The translations under genes and the position numbers were made by a program. Positions 10,817-21,642 of a stretch of 64,000 nucleotides of DNA are shown piece by piece. This DNA is from a virus. The notes under the pieces were generated by a model. It did not search any database and was not told the origin of the DNA. It worked only from the letters and a program-made list of their open reading frames with translations. Position 1 is the first letter of the stretch; every line of letters starts with the position of its first letter. The stretch spans positions 15,320-79,319 of IMG/VR virus record IMGVR_UViG_3300043399_001092, one strand, 5' to 3'.

Positions 10817-13561
10817 TTATTTTTTTGGATTTACTGTAGCAGGTTTTCTTTTAATGTCCGAATATCTGTCTAACGATATTCTTACCTGTTCCACATATTC
10901 AGGCTTCATCATTGCATAACCCATGTAGGATTGAGTTGCTTCAATATTGTCATATCGAGAATTTTCTATGGTCACATATTTAGCACCATCCCATTTTTTG
11001 GCAACATAAGTAGTTTTACCAGATGGACCTTTTTCGGCAAAAAGCTTCCAATTAAATTTGATAAGATTTCCGCTTGCATCGGGAACTGTTTGACTAAAAG
11101 TAGAAAGTTCTTTTTGTCCTCTTTCTTTTAAACCCTTTGATTTTTGACTTGCTGTATTTTGCATAACCAACGGTTTTCCGGTTTGATAATAAAATGCAAG
11201 TCGTCCTGCATTAAACTTATCATCATCTGTTGCCACATAAGTTCGATTTTGATGAATATCCTGAAAAAACGGCTGTATGAATCCTTGCAATCCTCCTTGA
11301 TGAGTAACTGTAAGTTCACTCAAAGGAACATAAACAGGTTTGTCAAGTTTTATTTCTCCTCCATCCTTTGCAAAAAGTTTTATACCAACAACCGGAACAC
11401 CTCCGCTACCTATACCAATATCGTTTACAACAACATTAACGGTACCTCCTTCTATTTCATCGGCATAATTAGAAAGTGTTTTGTTTCCGGTTATCATAGA
11501 CCTGTTAATTCTAAAGTGTTCTTCGAGCACACCAAAACTTTCGGCCAATTCTCCTTTTACAGCAGTAGTGGTTATTATCTTTTGCATTGGAGAAGCCGCT
11601 TCTGGTTTTTTACTTATTGTAGCAGCAACTGCATCCCGGTGAGCTTTTTGATAATCGGTTAAGCTGTTGTAATCATCAGCAAAAAGAACTTCTGCGTCTG
11701 CTTTAGACATTACGTACTTTTCACCGTTAACGTTGTAAGAAAGTACGTTTTTATAATAATCAGGTGCTTTTTGATCACTAACATTGCCTATTGACCTATA
11801 AGTAGTATATGAACTTGATGTTTGAAGATTAAAAGGTTTTGCAGACGAATGTCCGATAGTTTCATTAAATGAAAAATCTTTATCCAAATTAATAACCGCC
11901 TTTTCCTCATAAGCAGCTCTGTAATTTTCTGCTTCTGCTCGGGCATCTTTCATGTCATTGTAAGCTGTTTGATACACGTTGCTTTTTAAATCATCAAATA
12001 ACGTATTAAGATTAGTGCTATTCAAAACAGCATCTGGAACACCTTGTTGTTTCAATTTTGCTCTTAACTCATCTGGGGTTTTTGCATCTTGAGATTTCAT
12101 AATAGCGTCTCCCAAAAAGTCAATTTGAGACTGTTGGGTTTTATATCCATTTTTAGCTAATGCTGCACTTGCAGCAACTGCTGTTCTTGGGTCTGTTGAT
12201 ATATAACTAAAATTTAATTTTGAGAAAGAATCTTCGGCATTTTTTAAACTTGCATCAAGCCCTTTCATTTGTTCAGCCGCGTTTTCTGGATCGGGTTCAA
12301 TATCTGTACCTCCCCAAAAAGTACCTATTTCGGGAAGTTTTGAATAGCTTTCTTTAAGATCTATTAAAGCTGCGTCCCATCCATACCTCTTTTGGGCAAG
12401 ATAAAAAGCGTCCCAGTTTTCAGCATATCCTCTTTCTTTTCCAAGAAGTCCTTTTGAAATATTTGTCATTCTTTCAGTATTGCTATAATCTAAATATTGT
12501 CCGAGATCAGTAAACTCGTTAAATCTACCTTCTCTAAAATTACTTAATCCGATATTTATTAGTTTGTTTATATCACCCTTAGCATTAATTCTTTCGTTTT
12601 CAGGAATAAATCCTTGAGAATCTAAAATTGCATAAACCAACTTTGTTTCATCTTCAGAGGGCTGCTGTTGATTATTTATTTTAGTTCTGTAATTAACAAC
12701 AGCATTGTCTAACTTCTTAAGATCTCTTATTTTATCATTTGCGTTGGCAAGTAATTCCTCTGGTTCAACTGCTAACGATTGAGCGGTAGTAAATTTTCTT
12801 GCCGCTAACTGTTGTGCAAACTGAGGGGAGTTTAAGAAATTGGTTATTTCTCGTTGTCTTTCAGGACTGACACTTTTACCCCATCGTTTTACTTCATACT
12901 CTCCATTTGGACCAATACCTACTTCTTGAACAGTACCTTCTTCAAAACCCATAGATTTGGTGTACTCGTTAAGAGTTTTTTGTACATCTAAAAACGGATA
13001 AATATTTGCTTTACCAATATACTTTCCTCGTTCTCCAGGCTTTAACTGACCAACCTGTTTTCTGTATCTGGACATTGCATAAGGAAGGTTTTCAGCACTA
13101 TACTGAATATCTTTACTTGCCGCTTCATTGATGGCTGCCAAGTTAGCCGTGTGTTCCTCAAGCCGTTTTTCCATAGTTTCAGCAGCTCCGCCAGGTGCCC
13201 AGTCTTTGTTTATATCCCTTTGCGCTTCCAACATTAAACGAGTGTATTCTTTCTTGTCACCTTTCAAGGCAGCTTCCGTAAGTTTACTTTTCCAATCTTC
13301 TATTTTTTGGACGTATGCTTCTTTTGCTTCTGTGTCACCAAAAACACCAGGTACCCATTCGCCAGTTATTGGGTCTCTTTCTTTATACTCCTGCGTCTCA
13401 ATATGCCGAGGCATTTTAGCCAACAGCGCATCCATTGCTTCATCTTCCTTTTGTTTCTTATCCAATACTCCTGCCCACATTTGCATGTTCGGAGTAAAGA
13501 ACTCCGGCATGTATCGGTCAAAGGAATAGTCGTACTGTCTTGGTTTATCGAACCGGTTCAT
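10817..13561 (-). CDS. Virion cargo/internal protein (914 aa)
   Basis: Long ORF co-oriented and tightly packed between cargo genes; function inferred from position only. Confidence 0.65.
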   Translation of the reverse strand: MNRFDKPRQYDYSFDRYMPEFFTPNMQMWAGVLDKKQKEDEAMDALLAKMPRHIETQEYKERDPITGEWVPGVFGDTEAKEAYVQKIEDWKSKLTEAALKGDKKEYTRLMLEAQRDINKDWAPGGAAETMEKRLEEHTANLAAINEAASKDIQYSAENLPYAMSRYRKQVGQLKPGERGKYIGKANIYPFLDVQKTLNEYTKSMGFEEGTVQEVGIGPNGEYEVKRWGKSVSPERQREITNFLNSPQFAQQLAARKFTTAQSLAVEPEELLANANDKIRDLKKLDNAVVNYRTKINNQQQPSEDETKLVYAILDSQGFIPENERINAKGDINKLINIGLSNFREGRFNEFTDLGQYLDYSNTERMTNISKGLLGKERGYAENWDAFYLAQKRYGWDAALIDLKESYSKLPEIGTFWGGTDIEPDPENAAEQMKGLDASLKNAEDSFSKLNFSYISTDPRTAVAASAALAKNGYKTQQSQIDFLGDAIMKSQDAKTPDELRAKLKQQGVPDAVLNSTNLNTLFDDLKSNVYQTAYNDMKDARAEAENYRAAYEEKAVINLDKDFSFNETIGHSSAKPFNLQTSSSYTTYRSIGNVSDQKAPDYYKNVLSYNVNGEKYVMSKADAEVLFADDYNSLTDYQKAHRDAVAATISKKPEAASPMQKIITTTAVKGELAESFGVLEEHFRINRSMITGNKTLSNYADEIEGGTVNVVVNDIGIGSGGVPVVGIKLFAKDGGEIKLDKPVYVPLSELTVTHQGGLQGFIQPFFQDIHQNRTYVATDDDKFNAGRLAFYYQTGKPLVMQNTASQKSKGLKERGQKELSTFSQTVPDASGNLIKFNWKLFAEKGPSGKTTYVAKKWDGAKYVTIENSRYDNIEATQSYMGYAMMKPEYVEQVRISLDRYSDIKRKPATVNPKK

Positions 13562-13594
13562 GTTGTTGATTTATTAGATTGTGATGTTGTTTAA

Positions 13595-16500
13595 TTACTT
13601 AGAAGCACCTTCCATGAACTTAATGGCTTGTGTAAAGTCATACTTTCCACTTTGCATTAGTTTCCAAGCTTCAGCAAGATTTTCATCATTGTAGCTCCAC
13701 TTACCGCCACTGGCTTCATTGATAGCTGCAACAGCTTCCTTAAATTTGCCGAAGCTCATATCTCTGGTGTTCTTGTACATATCCTTGTACATCTGCGCCT
13801 TGTACAACTGATTACCCACATTGGAAAGGTCACTGAAGAACTGTCTTCCAAAGTCACGTTGAGCAGCGTCATTCTGCGATTGGATGTTCTGACGACGGAT
13901 GCGTTCGGCAGCTTCCATAGCTCCCAAGTTCATCCTGGTATTGGCTTCTTCACCTCTAAGCGCATTGTTCATAGCTCTTTCCTCCAGTTTAGCTCTAATA
14001 GCATTTCTTTCAGCATTGGTGTACGTTTGCATATCCAAAGCTCTTTGAACGTTTGCACTCCGAGCTTGGTTCGATGCCAATGCAGCATTACGGTTGTACA
14101 TAGCTTCATTGAGAGCCGCAGCAAGGTTAACGTTTCTACCGGCCATCATGTTGTTGACCAACCCGGCTTCCCTGTTTAAACGCAACTGTTCCTTCTCTGC
14201 TGGTTGCAAAGCATCGTACAGGGATTTACCCAGGGCAAGACCTTTAAGTCCAATAGAGGCGTACTCAAGAGGTCGTAGGCGCAAAGGATCTTCACCGAGG
14301 TCTGTAAGTTGAGTACCGGAAACAGCAGAAGGTTGACCTGTAGGAGTTGTTGCTACAGGTTGATCTGGAGTAGGAGTATATTCAATTCCTTGTGCCGCTA
14401 AATAATCACTAAAGGATTGCGGTTGAGGTACAGGTATTCCATTTGCCTGAATATAATTTTCACTGTTAAACGTCGGAATAACTTCCCTGTCTGAAGTGTA
14501 AGAAACCGTCGGTAAATTATCTTGAGAAAAATTTTCATAATCTTGTTGTCTTTGTTCAAGCTGCTGTTTTGCATTTAATACAGATTGGGCAAATTGACCT
14601 AAATCTAAACCAAAAGGAAATGAATTATTTTTAGGTTTTTCTAAAGGAATTTGAACTTTAGCAGCTATCTCCTCCAAACTTTCTGTTGAAGGTTGAGGTA
14701 TTAATTTAGGAAAAGGGTTTGGTTCATCAAGGTCTGCAGGATTTTCGTTTAAATAATTTTGCCATTTTTCATAAGCAATTTTTTTTGCAATATTGGACAA
14801 ATCATTAATTGCAAAATTTGGTAAATTTCCGCCATTAGGATACTGCGTCATATACCCTCCGTTCTTCCACGTAGCCCTTGCATACGCACGGAAGTGAGGA
14901 TTACCTTCCAAGTTCTTCTTATGTCTTGCGTAGAACGCATCTTTAGCCTTCTCACTGGGGTTGTTCTTCAAGTCGGGATCACCAAAGAACTTTACCGTTC
15001 CATCTGGACCAGTAACCTTATGCGTCTTCCCTTTGCGCTCACTGCTACGAGTAACCGTGTAGCCACCGTCACCAAACTCCGGTAGCATACCGCCCATTTC
15101 ATAGTTAGCAAGATTTAGATCCGGCATAGAATCAATGAATCCACCATCCTCATGTTTCTTGGCCATAGCTTTAAACGTCTTAGCCAAGTTATACCGCTTA
15201 GAACCCGGAGGACAAGAAGGACCGCCGAACTTACTACCGGTACACACACCTTCGGTTCCCCGGCGTTTGATGGAAGCAGTAGCCTTTTGAATCCAACCAC
15301 CTTTCTTATATTCATCCAAAGGTGCTTCCGGTACTTGCAGCATACCGCCGTTTTGATACGGGTAGGTAGGAAAGTCAAGACCCCCTCCCCAACGGAACTC
15401 ACCGCCTTCTTGGGGCATCTGTTGTTCCATACCTTGTGGCATTGGTTGACCTTGACCTTGTTGCATCATCTGTTGCTGCATCATCATCTGCATCATCTGA
15501 TCTTGGGACATTTGAGGTTGTCCTTGTTGCATCGGCATTTGTTGTTGCATCATAGCCTCTTGCTCTTGCATCTGTTGCATCTGTGCCATTTCTTCTTGTT
15601 CTTTCTGAATCCGTGCAGCTTCGTTCTTTTGGATAAGCATCTTCATTTCCTTCTCCATTGTCTTCTTGGACAAAGGATCGCGTTTACCTTTGTACCGGTT
15701 GGCAATGGACTTGGAAATTTGAGCAAAGGTTCTACCGTTCTCTCCAAGAGTATCGGAGAACACATAGTTGTTCCAGGATGTTTCTTTCTTCTCGATTTCA
15801 CCAACGGCCTTTTTAGGGTTGGTAGTAGGATTACCGCGACCATCAATCATCTGACCGCCATCTTCGTGAGTAGGAGCGTTGTATTGTTTCAGCATACCGC
15901 CGTTTTCATGTTTGTAAAGTTGTTTGAAAGTAGGATTGTCGGTGTCTTCTCCCAACATCATTCTTTGTTCAAAAGGAAGAGCGTGTCTTGTTTCCCAAAT
16001 ATCTTGAGCAGTCTGAGGAAGGACTGGGAGCATACTTGTTTTTCCAAACGGTCCGGGAGAACGTTGTTGCATCTGAAGATTAAAGAGCGCATTTTCAATA
16101 GCTGTTTGTTTAGCTTGATCAACAACACCTTCTTTTCCGCTTAAAGAATATGCCTCAATAAAATCTAAACCTGGTTGAGCAACATCTACTACTCCTTTAG
16201 CCACTTTACCTATTCCGGGAATCCATTGACCTACTGCCATTGCAGCCTGACCTTTATCTTTCCAAGTAGGGTAGTTGTATTGCATCCAACTAACATCTTC
16301 AGGAAACACCATCCGCAATGTTTCCGGATCCGAGTTGTTGAAAATTATTTGTTTTTCGTAATCAGTAAACTGCGGTCTTATGGGATTCCCGTTATTGTTT
16401 GCGGCTTCTTCGGCAGAACGGTTTATTTTGTTGGCAATTAAGTTTTCAGCAACATATCGCATCTTTTCTTTTTCATAGGCTTCTTCTTTTTGCTTTTTGC

Positions 16501-17026
16501 TAAAACGAACACCCATTTGTTTTTTAGGATAGTTCTTTACAAAATCTTGTTTGGGATTCATTTGTTCATACTGCCTTGAAATCTGTAACCATTCAGGTAT
16601 TTGTCCTTTTACAGTTACACCTGGAAGTTCTCCTCCATAGTAGGGTTTTTCAGCAGCAGCTTTTTTTAGATTTTTTATAGCTGCCTTAGACTTAGGGTCT
16701 CCTCCACCCAAAGCTCCGCCATTTGCAAACTTCTTAGTATCCATCCCCGGAGTCATCTTTTCATTGGCCATCGTATTGCCACTGGACAAACCATAAGGGT
16801 TAGCATTTGCAGTAGCTCTTGCTTTATTGGACATCTGCATCGGAGGTTGTTGCATCATAGGATTTTTTCCATCTATAAAAGCTGAAAGCATGTTGGCTCC
16901 AGTAGAAATTGCTGTTCCGACACCTGGAGCAAAAGCATTAATTGCCATCGAAGCAACAGGGGATTTTGCAACATCAACTATTGCTTCAAGAGGATTGACA
17001 GACTGCCAAATTCGTTTCTTTCCCAT
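13595..17026 (-). CDS. Virion cargo polyprotein-like protein with repeated [FYWH]xxGG motifs and Gln/Met-rich tract
   Basis: Eleven aromatic/His-x-x-GG motifs separating short modules; follows the tail stabilisation gene as in crAss-like gene order. Confidence 0.7.
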   Translation of the reverse strand: MGKKRIWQSVNPLEAIVDVAKSPVASMAINAFAPGVGTAISTGANMLSAFIDGKNPMMQQPPMQMSNKARATANANPYGLSSGNTMANEKMTPGMDTKKFANGGALGGGDPKSKAAIKNLKKAAAEKPYYGGELPGVTVKGQIPEWLQISRQYEQMNPKQDFVKNYPKKQMGVRFSKKQKEEAYEKEKMRYVAENLIANKINRSAEEAANNNGNPIRPQFTDYEKQIIFNNSDPETLRMVFPEDVSWMQYNYPTWKDKGQAAMAVGQWIPGIGKVAKGVVDVAQPGLDFIEAYSLSGKEGVVDQAKQTAIENALFNLQMQQRSPGPFGKTSMLPVLPQTAQDIWETRHALPFEQRMMLGEDTDNPTFKQLYKHENGGMLKQYNAPTHEDGGQMIDGRGNPTTNPKKAVGEIEKKETSWNNYVFSDTLGENGRTFAQISKSIANRYKGKRDPLSKKTMEKEMKMLIQKNEAARIQKEQEEMAQMQQMQEQEAMMQQQMPMQQGQPQMSQDQMMQMMMQQQMMQQGQGQPMPQGMEQQMPQEGGEFRWGGGLDFPTYPYQNGGMLQVPEAPLDEYKKGGWIQKATASIKRRGTEGVCTGSKFGGPSCPPGSKRYNLAKTFKAMAKKHEDGGFIDSMPDLNLANYEMGGMLPEFGDGGYTVTRSSERKGKTHKVTGPDGTVKFFGDPDLKNNPSEKAKDAFYARHKKNLEGNPHFRAYARATWKNGGYMTQYPNGGNLPNFAINDLSNIAKKIAYEKWQNYLNENPADLDEPNPFPKLIPQPSTESLEEIAAKVQIPLEKPKNNSFPFGLDLGQFAQSVLNAKQQLEQRQQDYENFSQDNLPTVSYTSDREVIPTFNSENYIQANGIPVPQPQSFSDYLAAQGIEYTPTPDQPVATTPTGQPSAVSGTQLTDLGEDPLRLRPLEYASIGLKGLALGKSLYDALQPAEKEQLRLNREAGLVNNMMAGRNVNLAAALNEAMYNRNAALASNQARSANVQRALDMQTYTNAERNAIRAKLEERAMNNALRGEEANTRMNLGAMEAAERIRRQNIQSQNDAAQRDFGRQFFSDLSNVGNQLYKAQMYKDMYKNTRDMSFGKFKEAVAAINEASGGKWSYNDENLAEAWKLMQSGKYDFTQAIKFMEGASK

Positions 17027-20000
17027 TATCGAGGAGTTTTAATAGTTGTAACTGAATTGATGTTAATTGCTGTTCCATAACTGGGAGTTTCCGGTTCATA
17101 CCACAACCGGGTTGCAGCCCATTTACCCCGTACAAAGTCCATATTGAACGCTGACGCGGTTGTATCTATGTTGGTAGGTACTAAGTCCACCCAACCATTT
17201 CCGAAGCCGTCAGCGTCAAAATACGACTGTATATCGGCCCATCCACGGGATACTACGGGAATACCGGTTGCCAAGTTGTAAAAACCACTGGTACGGTACT
17301 CATCCGCTACCCTCATTACATTCTTTGTGGTAGCACTGTAACCAATGTTTCCCCACGGGTTGGAAATTTGGTTCTGCAAAGATATATCCACTTTGCCGCT
17401 ATTCTGCTCTTCGTTGTACACCATAGCCCCATCAATGGTTCCATAGTTGTTGTCTTCTACCCATTGCCGGGTAATACCGTCCCAGTACTTGGTGTGACCG
17501 ACCCACTTAAGGGAATCCACATTGAACGTCTGAAAGCTCTTGGTAACGGTTTCTACAAACGATGGCCACATAGAACCGTAGAAACTCAAGAACGTATCTG
17601 TTCCATGTTTCCAAGCGTAGTCGTTGTGACGATCGTTGAACGTGTAGAAGTACATGTTGTCACTGTAACTGTACGATGGCATATAAGAGTGCCACGATAC
17701 CCAGGACTTGTTGAGGAACGAGTAGGACATCGTCCAACATCGGCTGATAAAGTAGTCCTTGTTGTCGAATCCAATGTCTTCATAACTTTCCCCGTTCCAG
17801 TGCGCAAATACACACTTATCCACATCGTAGTACAAGTTGTCCTCGATTACTTCAGCCGGAGGTTCAGCAGGTTTATACCCCAAAAACGCAAACAGGTTAA
17901 GTATTTCAAAGTCACGCTTCATTACTATCAGCCGTCTGAACCGAGGATCGTACACACACCGTACTCCTACACCTTTGACCGAGTTGTTGTTGACGCAGCA
18001 ATAGTCGTTAATACCGAACAACTGTAACTGTTGCAGCAACTTCATGGGAAGGTTATCCCTAAACCAGTTCTTGGTTCCTTGTGCAGATATTTCCTGTACA
18101 CCCTCAAAGAACTGAAACACCCGGCCGTCTTTTGCATCTATCCAACAGTGACCAAAGGGAGTATCGCAGATAGACTGAGGTTCATCTGCACCGGCATAAC
18201 CAAAGTTCCTACGTTGTACAGCCTCCGGCGGAATGGACAAGAAGTCACCAGTGCCGATGTACAGGTTGGTCTGGTCCAGTTGCATCTGTTGTGGGTTGGG
18301 AGCCATAAACCAAGTAGTGTCCTGGGTATGTACCAACATCCGGTTTTTATCGAACCACAGACCGGTTATATCACCCGTAGTAGCATCCAGATCAAGATAG
18401 TCGTTTGCAGCATTGACTCTCCAGTTCTCGGATACAGATTCATCCTGGGACTTGGGCGACCAAATGATACGGGTAGGATAAAGACCGTAACAGTCGGAAC
18501 AGTAGTTGATGAACCGGTTGTAGTTTGTTCCCGTATCTACACGATTGACAAAAGCGTAGTCTTGGTTCAACCTAAACTCTTCTTCAGCAGCATTGTCGTA
18601 ACGAGAAAGTATTTCAAAAGTGTCAAGGAAAAATCCTTGCAGATAAGGTATATTATTATCCGATTGAAGGACAAAATTTACCATCCCTTGCAATCCCACA
18701 TAGTGATGTGGAAAGTAAAACGAGTTAGGAAATATAGTTCCGTGTCGCAATTCAGAGTTAATGTCGCTTTCAAATCCAGAAAACATTACACCTCTCATTT
18801 GAGCACCTACTCCATAAGCCAAACTACTCTGTCCTTTTGGAGCAAGTTTCTTAAAGCCAAAAAAGTTTATGAAGCAATCACCGTTAAAAAATGAGTAGCT
18901 TTTGTCGCCAGTAACTTTTTTTAGAAGTATTGTATCTGTATTAAAAAGATCCGAGTTTACGTTTGGATTAAATTTCTTTACTGCCACATAGTGACACTTT
19001 TGATCTTGGTAAACTTGAGGATTTCCGTTAAGTCCTGTTGTATCAAGTATTACACAAGAGGCATTTGTAAAGTAATCAATGTCAGCGTTCAGTTTTGAAA
19101 AAGTAGCTGAATGATAAACATTTGACATGTTTAACGGATAGATGTCCGTACCTATCAAAAACCCTTGTGCATCGTAACTTCGAGGAGATACATACTTTGA
19201 CTCTTCGATATTTCTGTTGTACCACTCCTCGAACAAGTCCGGCTGTGTCCATTTTTCTTGTCCGAGAAACAAAGTCCACATTCCATCAGGGTGTCCATTG
19301 TCGTTAAATCCAACATACGAATAGTATTTGGTTCCCTCTCTTCTATAATAATACCCGCTATGACTTGAAGGATAAAACTTTTGTCGAGGCGAGTGAAAAA
19401 TTGTAATATTGAATTCTTCTATTTGTGGTCTTCCCACTTGAACTATATTTAGTCCCTCGGTTACAAAATAGTCGTTTGATGCAGTAACCGGAATTGCGCT
19501 TGAATACAAAGCTCCACTTATCGGGTTTGAAGGATAGGTGAAATTTATACTTGCCGGAAACATTGGAAATGCATCAGAGTAATACGGGTACTTTCCGCTA
19601 TCTGCTTCGGCAGCACCGTTTGAATAAACAGGACTTGGGTTATACCTTATGGCATGATATAAGATTCCTTTGTCTATAACCGTTGAATTTTCTGGAGTTC
19701 TTTTGGTAATTCCTATTTCATAATACTCGACATCATTTGCGTATTGTGCTGGAAATTGTACATTAAACACACAAAGACTTATCTTTTTCTTTTCACCAAG
19801 CTGTGTGTTGAAATCAAGTTTCCAAAGGTAATCTACGCAACCAAGATCGGGTACACGATGATGTCTAATATATTCTCCGGTTAAAGCATTGCCCCAGTAA
19901 TCTTCGCCCCAATAATCCTGCCCATCGCAAGATTCAACTTCGGGATATTTTTCTTCGCATTGATAGTAGGCCATTACATTTAAGTAATCACCGTTTGTAA

Positions 20001-21642
20001 AATTATAGTTGATGCCAGTATTGAACAAAAGCCATCGAGGAATAAGTGTATTACCAACGGTTCCTTTTGCAGGGTCAGTATTTAACCCATATCCAATATC
20101 TGTTGTAACTGTCGTTACTCCAAACTGTTTTACCTCTTCAATATCAATCTGGTCGGATGTTCCTATACCGACACCTGTTTCAACAACTAAAGTGTAACTA
20201 TCCCATCCTTCTCCTGTTGGACACAAAGGTCTTGTGTAACTATAGGCATTTCCTGAAGACACCATCATCAAATTTGACAACGTGTTTATAGAAATGTCCG
20301 ATTGTTTAAAAACACCTGCTGCATCCATTGGCCTTCCAGGAACGTGAAACTGCGGTCCCGTAATTCCTCCTTTCATTACTGGACGAATCCAAATGGAGTA
20401 CACCTCGTCCGACATAAACGTTGTATGGTTTATGTAAAAGGATGCTGTGTTGTTTCTTGGAAGATTGTAAGGATAGGACTGACCTCTTGCAAAAACAGCC
20501 GCCGGGTTATTGTTTGACGGAAACTGAAAAGGAAAGTACAATACGTACGGAGGTGCATATTGAGCAATATCGTCTGAGTTTTGAGGAACTTCCTCTACTG
20601 TCCAGTTAACAAGAGCTTTTGAAATCTCTCTTTGGAAAATAGACCAATCGTATGTCTTCTCCTCAAGATTAGCTCTCACCAATCTCCCGGTTACAATCTC
20701 GTGGGTTTTGGACTTGGTGTAAAAGGAATTGGGTACAACCAACGGTTTAGCGTCCGCTCTGGTCACACTGGAAGCGTTTAGCGTAGAAAACTCCAAGTAC
20801 GTTACTGTGTCCGTTATCTGCCTCAAGTCGTTTGTGTAGAACGTCTCATACGTCAATCCGTCACCGGTACGATAGATATTGGCGTACAACCGTAGGTAGA
20901 TAACGTTCTCCGGAACGTTGGTCACAGAAAACCGCAAACGTTTATTGGTTAACGGAACACCACCGTCAGTAGCCGGTACTTGTTCGATATTAGCACCACC
21001 GTCACTGTTGTCAACAATGATAATCTGCGCCAACTCGTTACTTACACCGATACGGTTAAGGTCACGGTCAAGGCACTCCACAAAGAACGTGTACGATCCC
21101 AAAGGAAGTGCGCCACCAATCAACGTAGTTTCATAAGACAGAATCGGCTGCCGGGTAAAGAAAGCTAAATCTGCTTTGGTGCAGTCAAACTCTTCTCCTG
21201 TATAGTAATCCTGCAACCGGTCAATATTGAGGTACTTATCCGTATTCTTACCATCGTACAGCGTTATTACTCGCTCACAGCCGTTGATGATCTTGAACAC
21301 CCCTCGGATAGGGTAGCAAGGGTCAAAACCAAGACAATCGGTTGCCAATATCTGTTGGTAGGTACAGTCCATTGCTACACCCAAGTAAGACGTAGTACCG
21401 TCCGTAGAACACACCAACACTGAGTTGTTGTTCATTTCAACGTGACCAACAACCGTTTGTCCAGTACCTACCTGATAGCAGAATTGATTAGAAGCCTCGG
21501 ATACCAAGTTTCCATCAAACTCTGCATCGGAGACGTTCATGTTGAGGGCAGAACGCCAAGTACCCTCCGGTTGATCCAGAGGGTGCATATCGGTGATTAG
21601 ACCTTTTATAGGTTTGTCGGGTTTTTCTTCGATCAGGTCCAT
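17026..21642 (-). CDS. Tail stabilisation / muzzle protein
   Basis: 1538 aa; N-terminal KGLITDMHP..QPEGTWRSALN and C-terminal WTMSYSFLNKSWVSWHSY resemble crAss-like tail stabilisation proteins; position after ring proteins. Confidence 0.75.
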   Translation of the reverse strand: MDLIEEKPDKPIKGLITDMHPLDQPEGTWRSALNMNVSDAEFDGNLVSEASNQFCYQVGTGQTVVGHVEMNNNSVLVCSTDGTTSYLGVAMDCTYQQILATDCLGFDPCYPIRGVFKIINGCERVITLYDGKNTDKYLNIDRLQDYYTGEEFDCTKADLAFFTRQPILSYETTLIGGALPLGSYTFFVECLDRDLNRIGVSNELAQIIIVDNSDGGANIEQVPATDGGVPLTNKRLRFSVTNVPENVIYLRLYANIYRTGDGLTYETFYTNDLRQITDTVTYLEFSTLNASSVTRADAKPLVVPNSFYTKSKTHEIVTGRLVRANLEEKTYDWSIFQREISKALVNWTVEEVPQNSDDIAQYAPPYVLYFPFQFPSNNNPAAVFARGQSYPYNLPRNNTASFYINHTTFMSDEVYSIWIRPVMKGGITGPQFHVPGRPMDAAGVFKQSDISINTLSNLMMVSSGNAYSYTRPLCPTGEGWDSYTLVVETGVGIGTSDQIDIEEVKQFGVTTVTTDIGYGLNTDPAKGTVGNTLIPRWLLFNTGINYNFTNGDYLNVMAYYQCEEKYPEVESCDGQDYWGEDYWGNALTGEYIRHHRVPDLGCVDYLWKLDFNTQLGEKKKISLCVFNVQFPAQYANDVEYYEIGITKRTPENSTVIDKGILYHAIRYNPSPVYSNGAAEADSGKYPYYSDAFPMFPASINFTYPSNPISGALYSSAIPVTASNDYFVTEGLNIVQVGRPQIEEFNITIFHSPRQKFYPSSHSGYYYRREGTKYYSYVGFNDNGHPDGMWTLFLGQEKWTQPDLFEEWYNRNIEESKYVSPRSYDAQGFLIGTDIYPLNMSNVYHSATFSKLNADIDYFTNASCVILDTTGLNGNPQVYQDQKCHYVAVKKFNPNVNSDLFNTDTILLKKVTGDKSYSFFNGDCFINFFGFKKLAPKGQSSLAYGVGAQMRGVMFSGFESDINSELRHGTIFPNSFYFPHHYVGLQGMVNFVLQSDNNIPYLQGFFLDTFEILSRYDNAAEEEFRLNQDYAFVNRVDTGTNYNRFINYCSDCYGLYPTRIIWSPKSQDESVSENWRVNAANDYLDLDATTGDITGLWFDKNRMLVHTQDTTWFMAPNPQQMQLDQTNLYIGTGDFLSIPPEAVQRRNFGYAGADEPQSICDTPFGHCWIDAKDGRVFQFFEGVQEISAQGTKNWFRDNLPMKLLQQLQLFGINDYCCVNNNSVKGVGVRCVYDPRFRRLIVMKRDFEILNLFAFLGYKPAEPPAEVIEDNLYYDVDKCVFAHWNGESYEDIGFDNKDYFISRCWTMSYSFLNKSWVSWHSYMPSYSYSDNMYFYTFNDRHNDYAWKHGTDTFLSFYGSMWPSFVETVTKSFQTFNVDSLKWVGHTKYWDGITRQWVEDNNYGTIDGAMVYNEEQNSGKVDISLQNQISNPWGNIGYSATTKNVMRVADEYRTSGFYNLATGIPVVSRGWADIQSYFDADGFGNGWVDLVPTNIDTTASAFNMDFVRGKWAATRLWYEPETPSYGTAININSVTTIKTPR

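Noticed and set aside
15400-15610. Short tandem-like nucleotide repeats
   Set aside because: They encode the Gln/Met-rich low-complexity tract of the cargo protein
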